Assembly (NCBI GenBank): GCA_013416795.1
Contig: RQSC01000031.1
Location: 296,696-342,638 of the forward strand
Direction: 5' to 3'
DNA length: 45,943 bases
Source: Prasinococcaceae sp. CCMP 1430
Lineage: Eukaryota; Plantae; Prasinodermophyta
Shown here piece by piece: positions 1 through 9,139 of this stretch (the first letter of the stretch is position 1; each line of letters starts with the position of its first letter). The position numbers and the translations under genes were made by a program. The notes beneath the pieces are model-generated. The model searched no databases. It was not told the origin of the DNA and saw nothing but the letters and a program-made list of their open reading frames with translations.

Positions 1-2899
1 CCGCGCGCCGCGCCGCGCGCCGCGAGGCCGCGCGCGCGTTCTACGGCTCGCGCAAGTACGCGGCCGAGGACCTGCACATCGGCAGGCGCATCGGCGAGGG
101 CTCGTACGGCGTCGTGCACATCGGAAAGGTGCGCGTGAAAGGCTCGGACGAGCTCGTACCGGTGGTGCTCAAGCACTCGCGCGGCCGCGTGGAGGACGCC
201 GACGAGTTCACCGAGGCCGAGCTGCACATGAACAAGAAGCTGGCGGGCGTCGCGGGCGTCGCGCCCTTCCTGGGCAGCTGCGTCGTCGACGAGGCCGAGG
301 CGACCGGCAGAAAGCGCGCGGGGCTGTGGCTCGTGTGGCGCTACGAGGGTGAGCGCTCGCTGGAGGGCGCGATGCGCCAGCGCACCTTCCCGCGCAACGT
401 CGCCGACACGGCGCTCGGCGCGGCGCGAGCGGCCGAGCTGCTCGAGAGCGACGCGAGCGGCCGAGCGCTGGAGCTCGCGACGACGCGAGCGCTCGCGAGG
501 CAGCTCTTCGAGGCCATGGGGCAGCTGCACGCGAGGGGCATCGTGCACAGGTGAGCGAGCGCGCGTGAGCGGTCGAGCGAACGGGCGAGCGCCGCGCCGC
601 GCGCCGCATGCCCGGGCCCGATCGGAGGAGTCGCGGAGCGCCGCCGCGCGCGTGCGCGCCAGATCGTTGACGCCTCTCGACGCGCCCCGACATCGCGCCC
701 ACGCCCGACCGCCCACGCGCGTCGCGAATCGCGCGTCCGCACGTGCCCGTCGTGGCCGCGCTCCCCCACCCACCACCACCAACCCACACACACACACACA
801 GGGACATCAAGCCGCAGAACATGCTGCTGGCCGACAGCCCCGCCGCGGCCGATTCGCCTGCGCTCAAGCTGTGCGACCTGGGCGCTTGCGCGGACCTGCG
901 CACGGGCACCAACTGGGTGCCCGACGAGACGATCATCGACCCCGGCTACGCGGCGCCCGAGAAGTACATCATGGGCACCAAGACGTGGGACAAGCAGCAC
1001 CTCGTGGGCGGGCTCGTGTGGGCGGCCAACGCGCCCGACCGCTTCGACAGCTTCAGCGCGGGGCTCGTGCTCATGCAGATGGCCGTCAAGCGCCTGCGGC
1101 CGCGCGGCAAGTTCAGGGAGTTCCGGCGGCAGCTCGAGGCGTGCGAGTACGACCTCGACGCCTGGCGCGAGGCGCACGTCAAGAGCGCCAGGCAGGAGCG
1201 CGAGCTGTGGATGCTCGACGCGGACGACGGCGCCGGGTGGAAGCTCGCGTCCGCGCTGCTCATCTACCGCAGCGTGGAAAGCTCGGCGGCGGCGCTCGCT
1301 GGGAAGCAGCGCCCCTCGGCCTCCGAGGCGCTCGCGCGGTACGCCTTCCTGGCTGCGCCGCCGGGCGTGCGCGCCCCGTCGGCCGCGACAGCGCAGGTGG
1401 CCAGGGAGCGTGCGCCCGCCGCCAAGCAGGCGCCGAGGGAGCGCAAGCTCGCCGCCAAGCCCGAGCCGGAGCCCAAGCCAGAGCCCAGGCTGACTCCGAC
1501 GCCGACGCCGACGCCGAAGCCAACGCGGCGCCCGCCCGCCGCCTCTGCGCCAAAGCAGCGCCCGTCCGCCGCCGCCTCGCGACAGCAACGCAAGCCCGAC
1601 GCGCGGGCGCCGCCGCCGAGGCAAGCGTCGGGGCCGTCAGCCACCTCGGCCGACGCGGCCGCGGCCGCCGCGGCGGCGGCGGCGGCAGAGAGTACCACGC
1701 GCATGACCGCTCTGGACGGTGCGACGGCGGACGCCGCGCAGCTCGCGGGCGACCTGCTGCAGGTTCGCGGCGCCCTCTCTGCGGGCGTCTCAGGCGCCGC
1801 CAAACTTGCGGCGGAGCAGGCGGCGCAGGCGGCCAAGTCGCTCTCGGAGCTCGTTTCGGAACTCCCAGAGATCACAGTGACGCGAGGAGACCGCAGGGCG
1901 GACGCGCCGAGCGAACGTGGGCCCTCGCCCGCTCGTCGGAGCGCGCGCGCGCAATCGCAGCAGACTGCGCCCGCAGCGGGCGAGCGACAAGGTGCCGCCG
2001 TCAGGAGCGAGCGCCCGGCCGTCGCTACCGATCCGGCGGAGATTCTCGAGAGCGTCAATGCGAGGGCAGTCGCAAGGGCGTCCGCGGTGGAGCGCGTGCG
2101 AAAGTCCACAGCGCGCGCCGCCGATAGTGACGGCGGCGCGAGCGGGTCGTCGCGTGCGCAGCCTGACGCCGCAGCCACAGACGTGTACTCGCGCCTGCGC
2201 CAGATGGAGGAGTCAATGGATCGCATCGAGCGTCTGGCCTCGGGGTCGACCGAGACGTCCGCGGTCGCGGGCGTGGGCACAGCCACGACTAGCAGCGCGA
2301 AGGAGTCCGCGCTCGAGGCTGTCGAAAGGAGAGCGCGGGCCATCGCCGAGGCAGAAGTCCGTGCCGCGGCCGAGGCGGAGGTGCGCGCCCGGGAAGAGGC
2401 GCGGCTGGCGGCCGAGGAGGCGGCGCGCGTCGCAGAAGCTGAGGCGCGCGCTGCGGCTGAGGCAGAGGCACGGATCCGCGAGGAGGCGCGGCTGGCGGCT
2501 GAGGCGGAGGCGCGGGCTGCGGCCGAAGCAGAGGCGCGGGCCCAAGAAGAGGCGCGGCTTGCAGCGGAGGCGGAGGCGCGGGCCGCCGCCGAGGCACAGG
2601 CCGCGCTGGAAGCCCACTACGTTTTCGGGGAAAGGGAGGACTCGTTTGGCTTCGCCGACGAAGACGAGACTAGCACAGATGAAGACGACAGCGGCGAAGA
2701 CGAGCCACCGCCGCTGTCGTGCCAATGGCCACCCGTTGCCTCCCTTCCACACGACGAGTGCATGACTGATGATTGTGTGCCAGTGCTTGACGCCCCGGTC
2801 GAGGCTGACGGATCCGAGACAGCGCTGCCTAAAGCCGCTGTGGCCGTGATGCCCGACGACGCGCAGGCCGCGGCGCCCGACGGCGCTGAGGACGTGTAG
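1..2899 (+). CDS. STN7/STN8 (Stt7/Stl1)-family thylakoid Ser/Thr protein kinase with long low-complexity C-terminal extension; 5' truncated by window; join(<1..550,802..2899)
   Basis: Motifs seen: Gly-loop [27 protein letters not shown], then HR|DIKPQN across a phase-2 GT-AG intron, [33 protein letters not shown]. These match the STN7/STN8 signature as I recall it; the paralog is not resolved. Confidence 0.85.
551..801 (+). other. Spliceosomal intron (251 nt, phase 2) in kinase gene
   Basis: CAG|GTGAGC donor and (CA)n-CAG acceptor; removal restores the catalytic HRDIKPQN motif. Confidence 0.92.
2340..2600 (+). repeat. Coding imperfect tandem repeat, about 22 aa / 66 nt unit ([22 protein letters not shown]) x3-4
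   Basis: Repeated gaggcggaggcgcg...gaggcgcggctggcgg units, visible in the translation of 743..2899. Confidence 0.8.
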
Positions 2900-3345
2900 G
2901 CCTGCACTGATCGTATGCGCGCGCCCGCCGAAGTGGTGCGCCACATTTTTGGGGCCACAGGGTGGTGACGGTAAATTCGCAAACTTGGGGAGGGTGAACC
3001 CCGCAGAGACAGCTCCCCCGCATCGCGTCAACCCGCCCGCCCCCTGACACCACCCTCGCGCGTGGGCATCATCGGGTAGTGCTCGGCTGCGCACGCCCCA
3101 GCACGCGATACGAACGGAGCCGGTGCCTTGGCGTGAGCTGCGAGCACTCTGCAGGAAAGTCCTCGTGCGTAGCGTTACTGTACTATTTGTATATGTGTGT
3201 GTACGCACGTAAACGGCAGCGTGACTTGCATGAGCCCTCCCCTTCCATCTCCGAAGCCCTACGCCTGCGCAGCGTTGGTAGCGATGGCCACACATCGTCA
3301 GACGTGTCTCTGTGTTTGGCCTCGGGCATCACGCCTCCCCAGGCC

Positions 3346-4734
3346 TCAGCCGAGGTTTTGCGTCCCCAGGTAGTCGGACAGGTGCGGCTCGGTGCCCATA
3401 TGCACAGGGACAGAGCCGCTCGCATCCGCCATGTCCTTCGCAGTCGCAGCGGCCTCGGCCTGTACGGCATCGGCTGCGATGGCGGCTGCCTCGCTGTGCG
3501 GATGCATGGTCACCTCGGCGGAGAGTGGCGCAGGCAGCCGACGCGCGTGTCCCTGGTTGTCATCTGCCGCCTGCGCCCCGAGCGCGCCCAGTCTCACCGA
3601 TGTGTTGGCGACCTGCGGGCGCATACGCAGCTCGTCCGCCTGCTGGACACCAGCGGCGCGCACGGGCGACACCGCCGCCGCGCTGATGCCCACGGCACCA
3701 ACGTATCCTCCGCCACCTCCGAAGGCCGCTGGTGCATTTGACGCGCCAGCGCGATGCCCGCCGGCCTGGGGGAAGTGCACTGCATCGCCTCCGGCGCCAG
3801 ATGCGTGCGCGCTCATGTGCAGCAGGGCCGGCTGGGCGGCAGCCTGATGGCCAGTCAGGAGGGGCACGCCGGTGCGCTCCCTCGCGTTCGACTCGGCGGC
3901 CGCTCGTGCGGCGCTCTCGCGCTCAGCTCTGACCTGCGCCTCTCGGATGGCCTGCTGGCGCCCGGCCTCCTCAGCTGCGGCGACCTCTCTCGCGGCCTGA
4001 GCGTCTCTCGCCGCCTGCTCGCGCGCCGCGTGCTCGGCGGCGGCCTGCTCGCGCGCAGCGCGCTGGCGCTCGGCCGCTTCGTGCGCCTCCCTCGTCGCCC
4101 TCCCGAGAGTTGCCGCCTCGCCGAGCCACCGCTGCTCGCGTGCCGCGGCCTCCTCGGCCTCGTGTTCGGCCGTCTCGCGCTCGGCGTGCGCTTGCTCCTC
4201 GATCACCGCGGCCTCTCGCGCGGCCTGCGCGTGCACCATCTCCTCGCGCCGCGCGGCTTCGAGCTGTTCGACCGCCTGGGCGTCGTGCTGCGCCTGCTGC
4301 TGTGCGAGGGCTTCCATGCGCTCGCGCGCGGACTGCTCGTGCGCCGCCTGCTCGCGCTTGGCGGCCGCCTGAGCCTGGAGGACCGCGCGGTGGGCAGCGT
4401 CGTGCTCGCGGACCGCCTCTAGCACCGCGGCCTGCTGGTCGTGGGCGGCTCGCGCGCGCGCGGCCTGCTCGGCCATGCGCTGGGCGCGCTCGGCGGGCTG
4501 TTCGGAGGAGGCGGCGGGGCGAGTCGCCGACGCCGGGCGAGGGTAAGGCGCGAAGCGTGCGGCGTCGGCGCTCCCCCTCGCCCCCACGCCCGCCGCTGGC
4601 GGCTCGCGGCCCGCGTCTCGCAGGACGCTGCCAATGAGCGGCGACATGCCGACGCCATCATCCGCAGCCTCTGCCGCTCCCTCCTCAGCCTCGCGCGCCA
4701 TCCTTTTGGAGGCGCGGCGAGTGAGCGGCGGCAT
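3346..4734 (-). CDS. Hypothetical Ala/Glu/Gln/Arg-rich coiled-coil protein (about 462 aa from MPPLTRR)
   Basis: Long ORF (3346..4899) with a helical AEQR-rich core; ATG at 4734 chosen as plausible start; no family recognised. Confidence 0.5.
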   Translation of the reverse strand: MPPLTRRASKRMAREAEEGAAEAADDGVGMSPLIGSVLRDAGREPPAAGVGARGSADAARFAPYPRPASATRPAASSEQPAERAQRMAEQAARARAAHDQQAAVLEAVREHDAAHRAVLQAQAAAKREQAAHEQSARERMEALAQQQAQHDAQAVEQLEAARREEMVHAQAAREAAVIEEQAHAERETAEHEAEEAAAREQRWLGEAATLGRATREAHEAAERQRAAREQAAAEHAAREQAARDAQAAREVAAAEEAGRQQAIREAQVRAERESAARAAAESNARERTGVPLLTGHQAAAQPALLHMSAHASGAGGDAVHFPQAGGHRAGASNAPAAFGGGGGYVGAVGISAAAVSPVRAAGVQQADELRMRPQVANTSVRLGALGAQAADDNQGHARRLPAPLSAEVTMHPHSEAAAIAADAVQAEAAATAKDMADASGSVPVHMGTEPHLSDYLGTQNLG

Positions 4735-5303
4735 CGATGCGCTGTCGGCCGCGGCGGCGCGCGGCAGACGGACCTGCCGCGCGGTCTGCCGCCCGCGGCG
4801 TCGCATCAAGAAGAGGTTCAAGGCCGAGACGCTCGCCGAGTGCCATCCCTTCGCAGGTCGCGCTGGCGCTCGGCGCCGCGCGCCAGCCGCGTCGCGCACG
4901 TGCCCAGCGAGAGCGCGGGCGCCATCCCGCCCACCGGCCGCACAGCCACCGCCCCCCTCTCCTCACCCCCAAGCCGGTGCCTCGCGCGCGCGCAGTGGCG
5001 GCCGCAGCATCAGCGCACCCACATTCATCAATTACAGTATCTATCGCAGTCACGGTCGGCGCTCACTACGCGCACGCGCAGCGCGCCACGCGCGCAGGGG
5101 CGGAGCGCGCGCCGCCGGCGGACGGCGCGGGGCGGAGGGGCACACAGGACCGGGACTCGGAGCTTACTCTGTCTGGCGCTCCGCAGACTACTCTACTGCC
5201 TCGAAGTACCACTACCATGTCGTACAAAGGTACATCCCGTGCTGCTGCCAGGAAGCGCTTCGAGCCGCGCGCGCCCCCAAGCCCGCGCCAAGGCTCGCGC
5301 CGA

Positions 5304-7283
5304 TCAGCAGAGCTGCACGACCGCCACCACTCGTAGCGTGCCTTCGGGGGTCAGGAACAGGAACTGCTCGAGCTCCTCGAAGAGAAGCGCGGTGCGCCAG
5401 CCCCATCCCTTGGGTGCCTTGGGCAGATGCGTCTCCTTCGAGTCGGGCTGGATCGATCCCAGCACCATCAGGCTGCCTGCGGCGGGGCAGATGAGCTGGT
5501 AGCGCGCGTACACCCGCTCGCGGGTGTCGACGTACGGCACCGGCATTTGACCACCCGCGGCGGCCGACGCGCCCCCGCTGCTCGACGCACCTCCGACGGC
5601 GCGCCCCCCGCGGCCGTGGCCGTGGCCCTGGCCGTGCGCGTGCCCACCGCCCGGCGATCCCTGGGCAGGCGCGCTCTCCACCGGGCAGCGCCGGTGCAGA
5701 AACAGGCCCAGCGTGCGCCGCGAGTGCGGGTCCTCGTCGTTGAAGGCCTGAACGCTCACCTTCCAGAGGGAGCCCGCGTAAAACACCTCCTCGCTGTGTT
5801 GACTTTGCCCGTTCGTCACAGAGCGCACGTTCGAGAACTCGACCGAAAAGCGAAAGGGGGGAAACGCCGAGAGCGGACGCGGCGCGGCGCCACGCGGCAC
5901 ACCGCCCAGGGTCGAGCCCGAGGGCATGGCAGACAGCGAGCGACCGAGCCCGCCGGAGGGCGACTTGACCATCTTTGGCCTGTCGCCGCCAGTGCCGTCG
6001 CCACTGCCGCCTGATCGAGGCGAGGCCGGACGCGGCAGCCCGCCGCTGCCGCCGTCGGTATCGTTGCCCGCGGCGTCACCATCGCCCCCAGCGACGCGGA
6101 GCTTGGACAAGGCCTCGGCCGCGGCATCGGCGCTCGCGCTGGCCTCTGAGGCTTGGACGTTCGGCCTGTCCTTTTCGTAGCCCTGAGCCGCACAGGCCTC
6201 CACCCTGCTCCTGAGCGCCGTTTGCTCCCACAGCCCGTCGCTGACCGCGTCGTGGGGCAGACCCTCCTCGTCGACCTCAATGCGCACGCCCAGCAGCTGG
6301 TCATGCGTCATGTGCGAGAAGGCCACGGCGCCGCTCTTTTCACCGAGCAGCTGGCGGGCCGCCTCGAGCTCCTTCTCCTCCGCGCCGCGCAACTCGTCGC
6401 CCACTTCGCTCGGGGCACCTGCGCTCTCGCTGTGCGCCTGCAGCGTCTCGGCCAGGTTGGCGCGGCGCTGGCGCAGCACCTCGAGAACGAGCTCGTAGCG
6501 GTCGTGCTCCGAGGGCACCCACAGCTCGTCGCTCGCTAGCAGGCGCACGAGGGTCTGCAGCGGTAGGGACGGCAGCAGCGCGCGCAGCTCGACGCTCGCG
6601 CCGCGGCAGAGGTAGCCCCAGCACGCCTGGCGCACGTTCTCGCCGTGCTCGCCGTAGTGGTTCTCCTCGGCGAAGTGGACGTAGCCGACCACTGTGTCCT
6701 CGGAGACGTCGCTGACGATGGACTCGGTGCAACGCGCGCATAGCTTCTCGAGGCCCAGGAAGGCCGCGGCCGCCAGCAGCGGGAGCGCGGCCGTCGGCTC
6801 GAGCGAGGGCTGGACGCCGTACAGGTAGCCGAGCGCTGCCTTGACCGCATCGGCGTCGACGTTGGGGTCGTCTATGTTCAGCTCCACGCGCAGCGCGGCG
6901 CCGTCGGCACCGTCGGCGGGCTTTTGCTGCCATCGCTCGCCCAGGACGGCATCGAAGTACGGCGCGCGGCAGAGCACCAGCCTGTGCAGCGCGTACTCGC
7001 AGCCGAAGGCCACCACTGTCACGTCTGAGAACGCCCCCTCCTCCCAGCCCTTCTTCTGCAGGTGCGTGAGCAGCGAGCCGCTGCACGCGGGGAACGGCAG
7101 CGCCGGGCCGTTCTCGCCGCCCGCAGCGTCGCCGTCGCGCGTGCCGTTCGGCGTGTCCGCCCCCTCCCGCTCAGCATCGGCCCGCGCGCTCGCCATGGCC
7201 GCGCGCACGCTCGCCGTAGACGGCAGGTCGCCGTCGGTCTCCAAGAAGCGCACGAGGTGCGGGCTCGACGCCAGCACGGGGTG
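5304..7283 (-). CDS. BTB/POZ-BACK protein with conserved C-terminal beta-rich (MATH-like) domain, plant-type; 5' end runs into N gap at 7284
   Basis: BTB core AFSDVTVVAFGCEYALHRLVLCRAPYF; BACK-like LLASDELWVPSEHDRYEL; C-terminal EVFYAGSLWKVSVQAFNDED..RRTLGLFLHRR and LPKAPKGWGWRTALLF, which I recall from a conserved land-plant BTB family. Confidence 0.8.
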   Translation of the reverse strand, partial: HPVLASSPHLVRFLETDGDLPSTASVRAAMASARADAEREGADTPNGTRDGDAAGGENGPALPFPACSGSLLTHLQKKGWEEGAFSDVTVVAFGCEYALHRLVLCRAPYFDAVLGERWQQKPADGADGAALRVELNIDDPNVDADAVKAALGYLYGVQPSLEPTAALPLLAAAAFLGLEKLCARCTESIVSDVSEDTVVGYVHFAEENHYGEHGENVRQACWGYLCRGASVELRALLPSLPLQTLVRLLASDELWVPSEHDRYELVLEVLRQRRANLAETLQAHSESAGAPSEVGDELRGAEEKELEAARQLLGEKSGAVAFSHMTHDQLLGVRIEVDEEGLPHDAVSDGLWEQTALRSRVEACAAQGYEKDRPNVQASEASASADAAAEALSKLRVAGGDGDAAGNDTDGGSGGLPRPASPRSGGSGDGTGGDRPKMVKSPSGGLGRSLSAMPSGSTLGGVPRGAAPRPLSAFPPFRFSVEFSNVRSVTNGQSQHSEEVFYAGSLWKVSVQAFNDEDPHSRRTLGLFLHRRCPVESAPAQGSPGGGHAHGQGHGHGRGGRAVGGASSSGGASAAAGGQMPVPYVDTRERVYARYQLICPAAGSLMVLGSIQPDSKETHLPKAPKGWGWRTALLFEELEQFLFLTPEGTLRVVAVVQLC

Positions 7284-7309
7284 NCCGGCCGCGGGCCGGC
7301 CCACGCGCC

Positions 7310-8863
7310 ATGAGGGGCGACGCGGGCCGCAGGGCCGGCACCAGCGCCGGCGGCGGCGAGCGCCCAGCGCCGGCGCTCGGCACGCTGCAGATGGTGGGCA
7401 TCGTTTTCATGGCGGTCGCTGGCGGGCCGTACGGGTTTGAGGAGGCTGTCGCTGCCGGCGGCCTGCGGCTCACGCTCGTGTTTCTCGCGGCGCTGCCGCT
7501 GGTCTGGTCGCTGCCGCTTGCTCTGATGACAGCTGAGCTAAGCTGCCTCATGCCGGAGAACGGCGGGCACGTCGTGTGGATAGACAGAGCGTTCGGGCAG
7601 ATGTTGGGCTCGATGAACGCGTGCGCGGCGTTCCTGACCAACGTGTTCGACAACGCGCTTTACCCGGTGCTCTTCGTCGAGTACGCCAACGACCTTCTGA
7701 GCGGCGCCGACGCGTGCGACGGCAGCGGCGCGGACGGCTGCGACCGGCTCAGCGGTTGGCCGGCCTGGGCCGCCAAGGTCGGCGTTCTCGCGGTCGCCGC
7801 TGCGCTCAATCTGCGCGGCGTGCGAGCTGTCGGCGACGGCTCGGTGGCCATGACCGCGTACGTGCTGCTGCCTTTCGCGGTCATGGCGGCGCTGGCGCTG
7901 TGGGCGACCGTTGCTGGCGATGGCGAGGACGTGGCTGCGCCGGCGCCCTCGCTCGCCCCGCCTGGCAGCGGCGGCGGCGGCAGCAGCGGCAGCGGCGGCG
8001 TCGCGTGGGGCCAGTTCCTGGCCATCATGACGTGGAATCTGAGCGGCTTCGACAGCGCGGGCGCTTGCGCGGGCGATGTTTCGAACCCCAGTGCCGTGTA
8101 TCCGCGTGCTATGGCGATCAGCATGGTGCTTCTCGTCGTCAACTACGGAGCACCGACGCTCTCTGCCAGTGTGGTCCTGAAGGAGGACCAATTCAGCGAC
8201 GGCGCGTACCTCTACGCGGCGGGGGCACTTGGCGGCCAGTGGCTGAGGGTGTGGACGGGCACTGGCGCGCTCGTGTGCACCTTCGGGCTGCTGGTCACGC
8301 TCCTCTTCACGAGCTCCAACTCGGCGTACGGCATGGCGCGTCTTGGGCACATGCCGCGCGCGCTGGGCAAGCTCGCGCGCGGCGACACGCCGTACGTCTC
8401 GATTCTGACCAACGCGGTCCTCAGCGCGCTGGTGCTCAACATGAGCTTCGAGTTGCTCGCGCAGGTCGACATGGTCTTCTATTCGGTGTCCACCATACTC
8501 AAATTTGGCGCGCTCCTGAAGCTCAGGGGAGAGGGTGCGCTCGCGAGAGCGGACACAGCATACAAGGTCCCGCTGGACGGCCTTCCGCTCGTCCTCGCCT
8601 GCGTTCCTCCGTGCACGTGCTGCGCTTTCACCGTGCTCACGGCGCCCCCGCCGGCGCTTGCGGCCAGCGCCGCCGCACTTCTGGCGAGTGCCGGTGTGTA
8701 CTACGTGCGGGATTGCTGCCTTGGGCAGTATGGGAAGAGCGGCGATGAGCGGCTGGGCAGCGCGATGGGACTCCCGCGCGCCGATGGCACCGGTGTCCGC
8801 TCCGTGACCGAGAATGCCGGGCGCGCTTATGAGCCCCTCGACCAGGAAGAGGGCACGAGCTAG
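7310..8863 (+). CDS. APC-superfamily polyamine/amino-acid transporter (PUT/RMV1-like)
   Basis: TM1 VAGGPYGFEEAV, WSLPLALMTAEL, PENGGHVVW, WNLSGFDSAG; multiple hydrophobic segments; intronless 517 aa. Confidence 0.85.
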   Translation: MRGDAGRRAGTSAGGGERPAPALGTLQMVGIVFMAVAGGPYGFEEAVAAGGLRLTLVFLAALPLVWSLPLALMTAELSCLMPENGGHVVWIDRAFGQMLGSMNACAAFLTNVFDNALYPVLFVEYANDLLSGADACDGSGADGCDRLSGWPAWAAKVGVLAVAAALNLRGVRAVGDGSVAMTAYVLLPFAVMAALALWATVAGDGEDVAAPAPSLAPPGSGGGGSSGSGGVAWGQFLAIMTWNLSGFDSAGACAGDVSNPSAVYPRAMAISMVLLVVNYGAPTLSASVVLKEDQFSDGAYLYAAGALGGQWLRVWTGTGALVCTFGLLVTLLFTSSNSAYGMARLGHMPRALGKLARGDTPYVSILTNAVLSALVLNMSFELLAQVDMVFYSVSTILKFGALLKLRGEGALARADTAYKVPLDGLPLVLACVPPCTCCAFTVLTAPPPALAASAAALLASAGVYYVRDCCLGQYGKSGDERLGSAMGLPRADGTGVRSVTENAGRAYEPLDQEEGTS

Positions 8864-9139
8864 AGAGGGGTCCGTCGCTACGGAGGCAGGTAGGTGGGTG
8901 TAGGTAGGTAAGTGGCTTAATACATGGCTAGCTCTAGAGAGTCCCTAAATTCTACTACTACGTCGTCTGGTTGATCTGGAGGCACCAAAACCGCACGCGC
9001 GGGAGAGCTCAGTGCGCTGCCCGGAGCACGTGCGCGCTCGCCTGGCGCAATCGCCTTCGCCTCCTGCGGTCCTTTGCAACTTCGATCCGATGCCACCCCC
9101 CATCCCCTTACCCCCACCCCACCGCAGCCCAGGCCTCGC

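Noticed and set aside
2340-2600. Regularly spaced repeats suggesting a CRISPR-like array (also 18799-18863)
   Set aside because: In-frame coding repeats without unique spacers, in a eukaryotic gene; no cas genes.
7304-7310. Apparent head-to-head genes only 5 bp apart (BTB and transporter)
   Set aside because: The BTB 'start' is a GTG picked by the ORF finder across an N that probably hides missing sequence.
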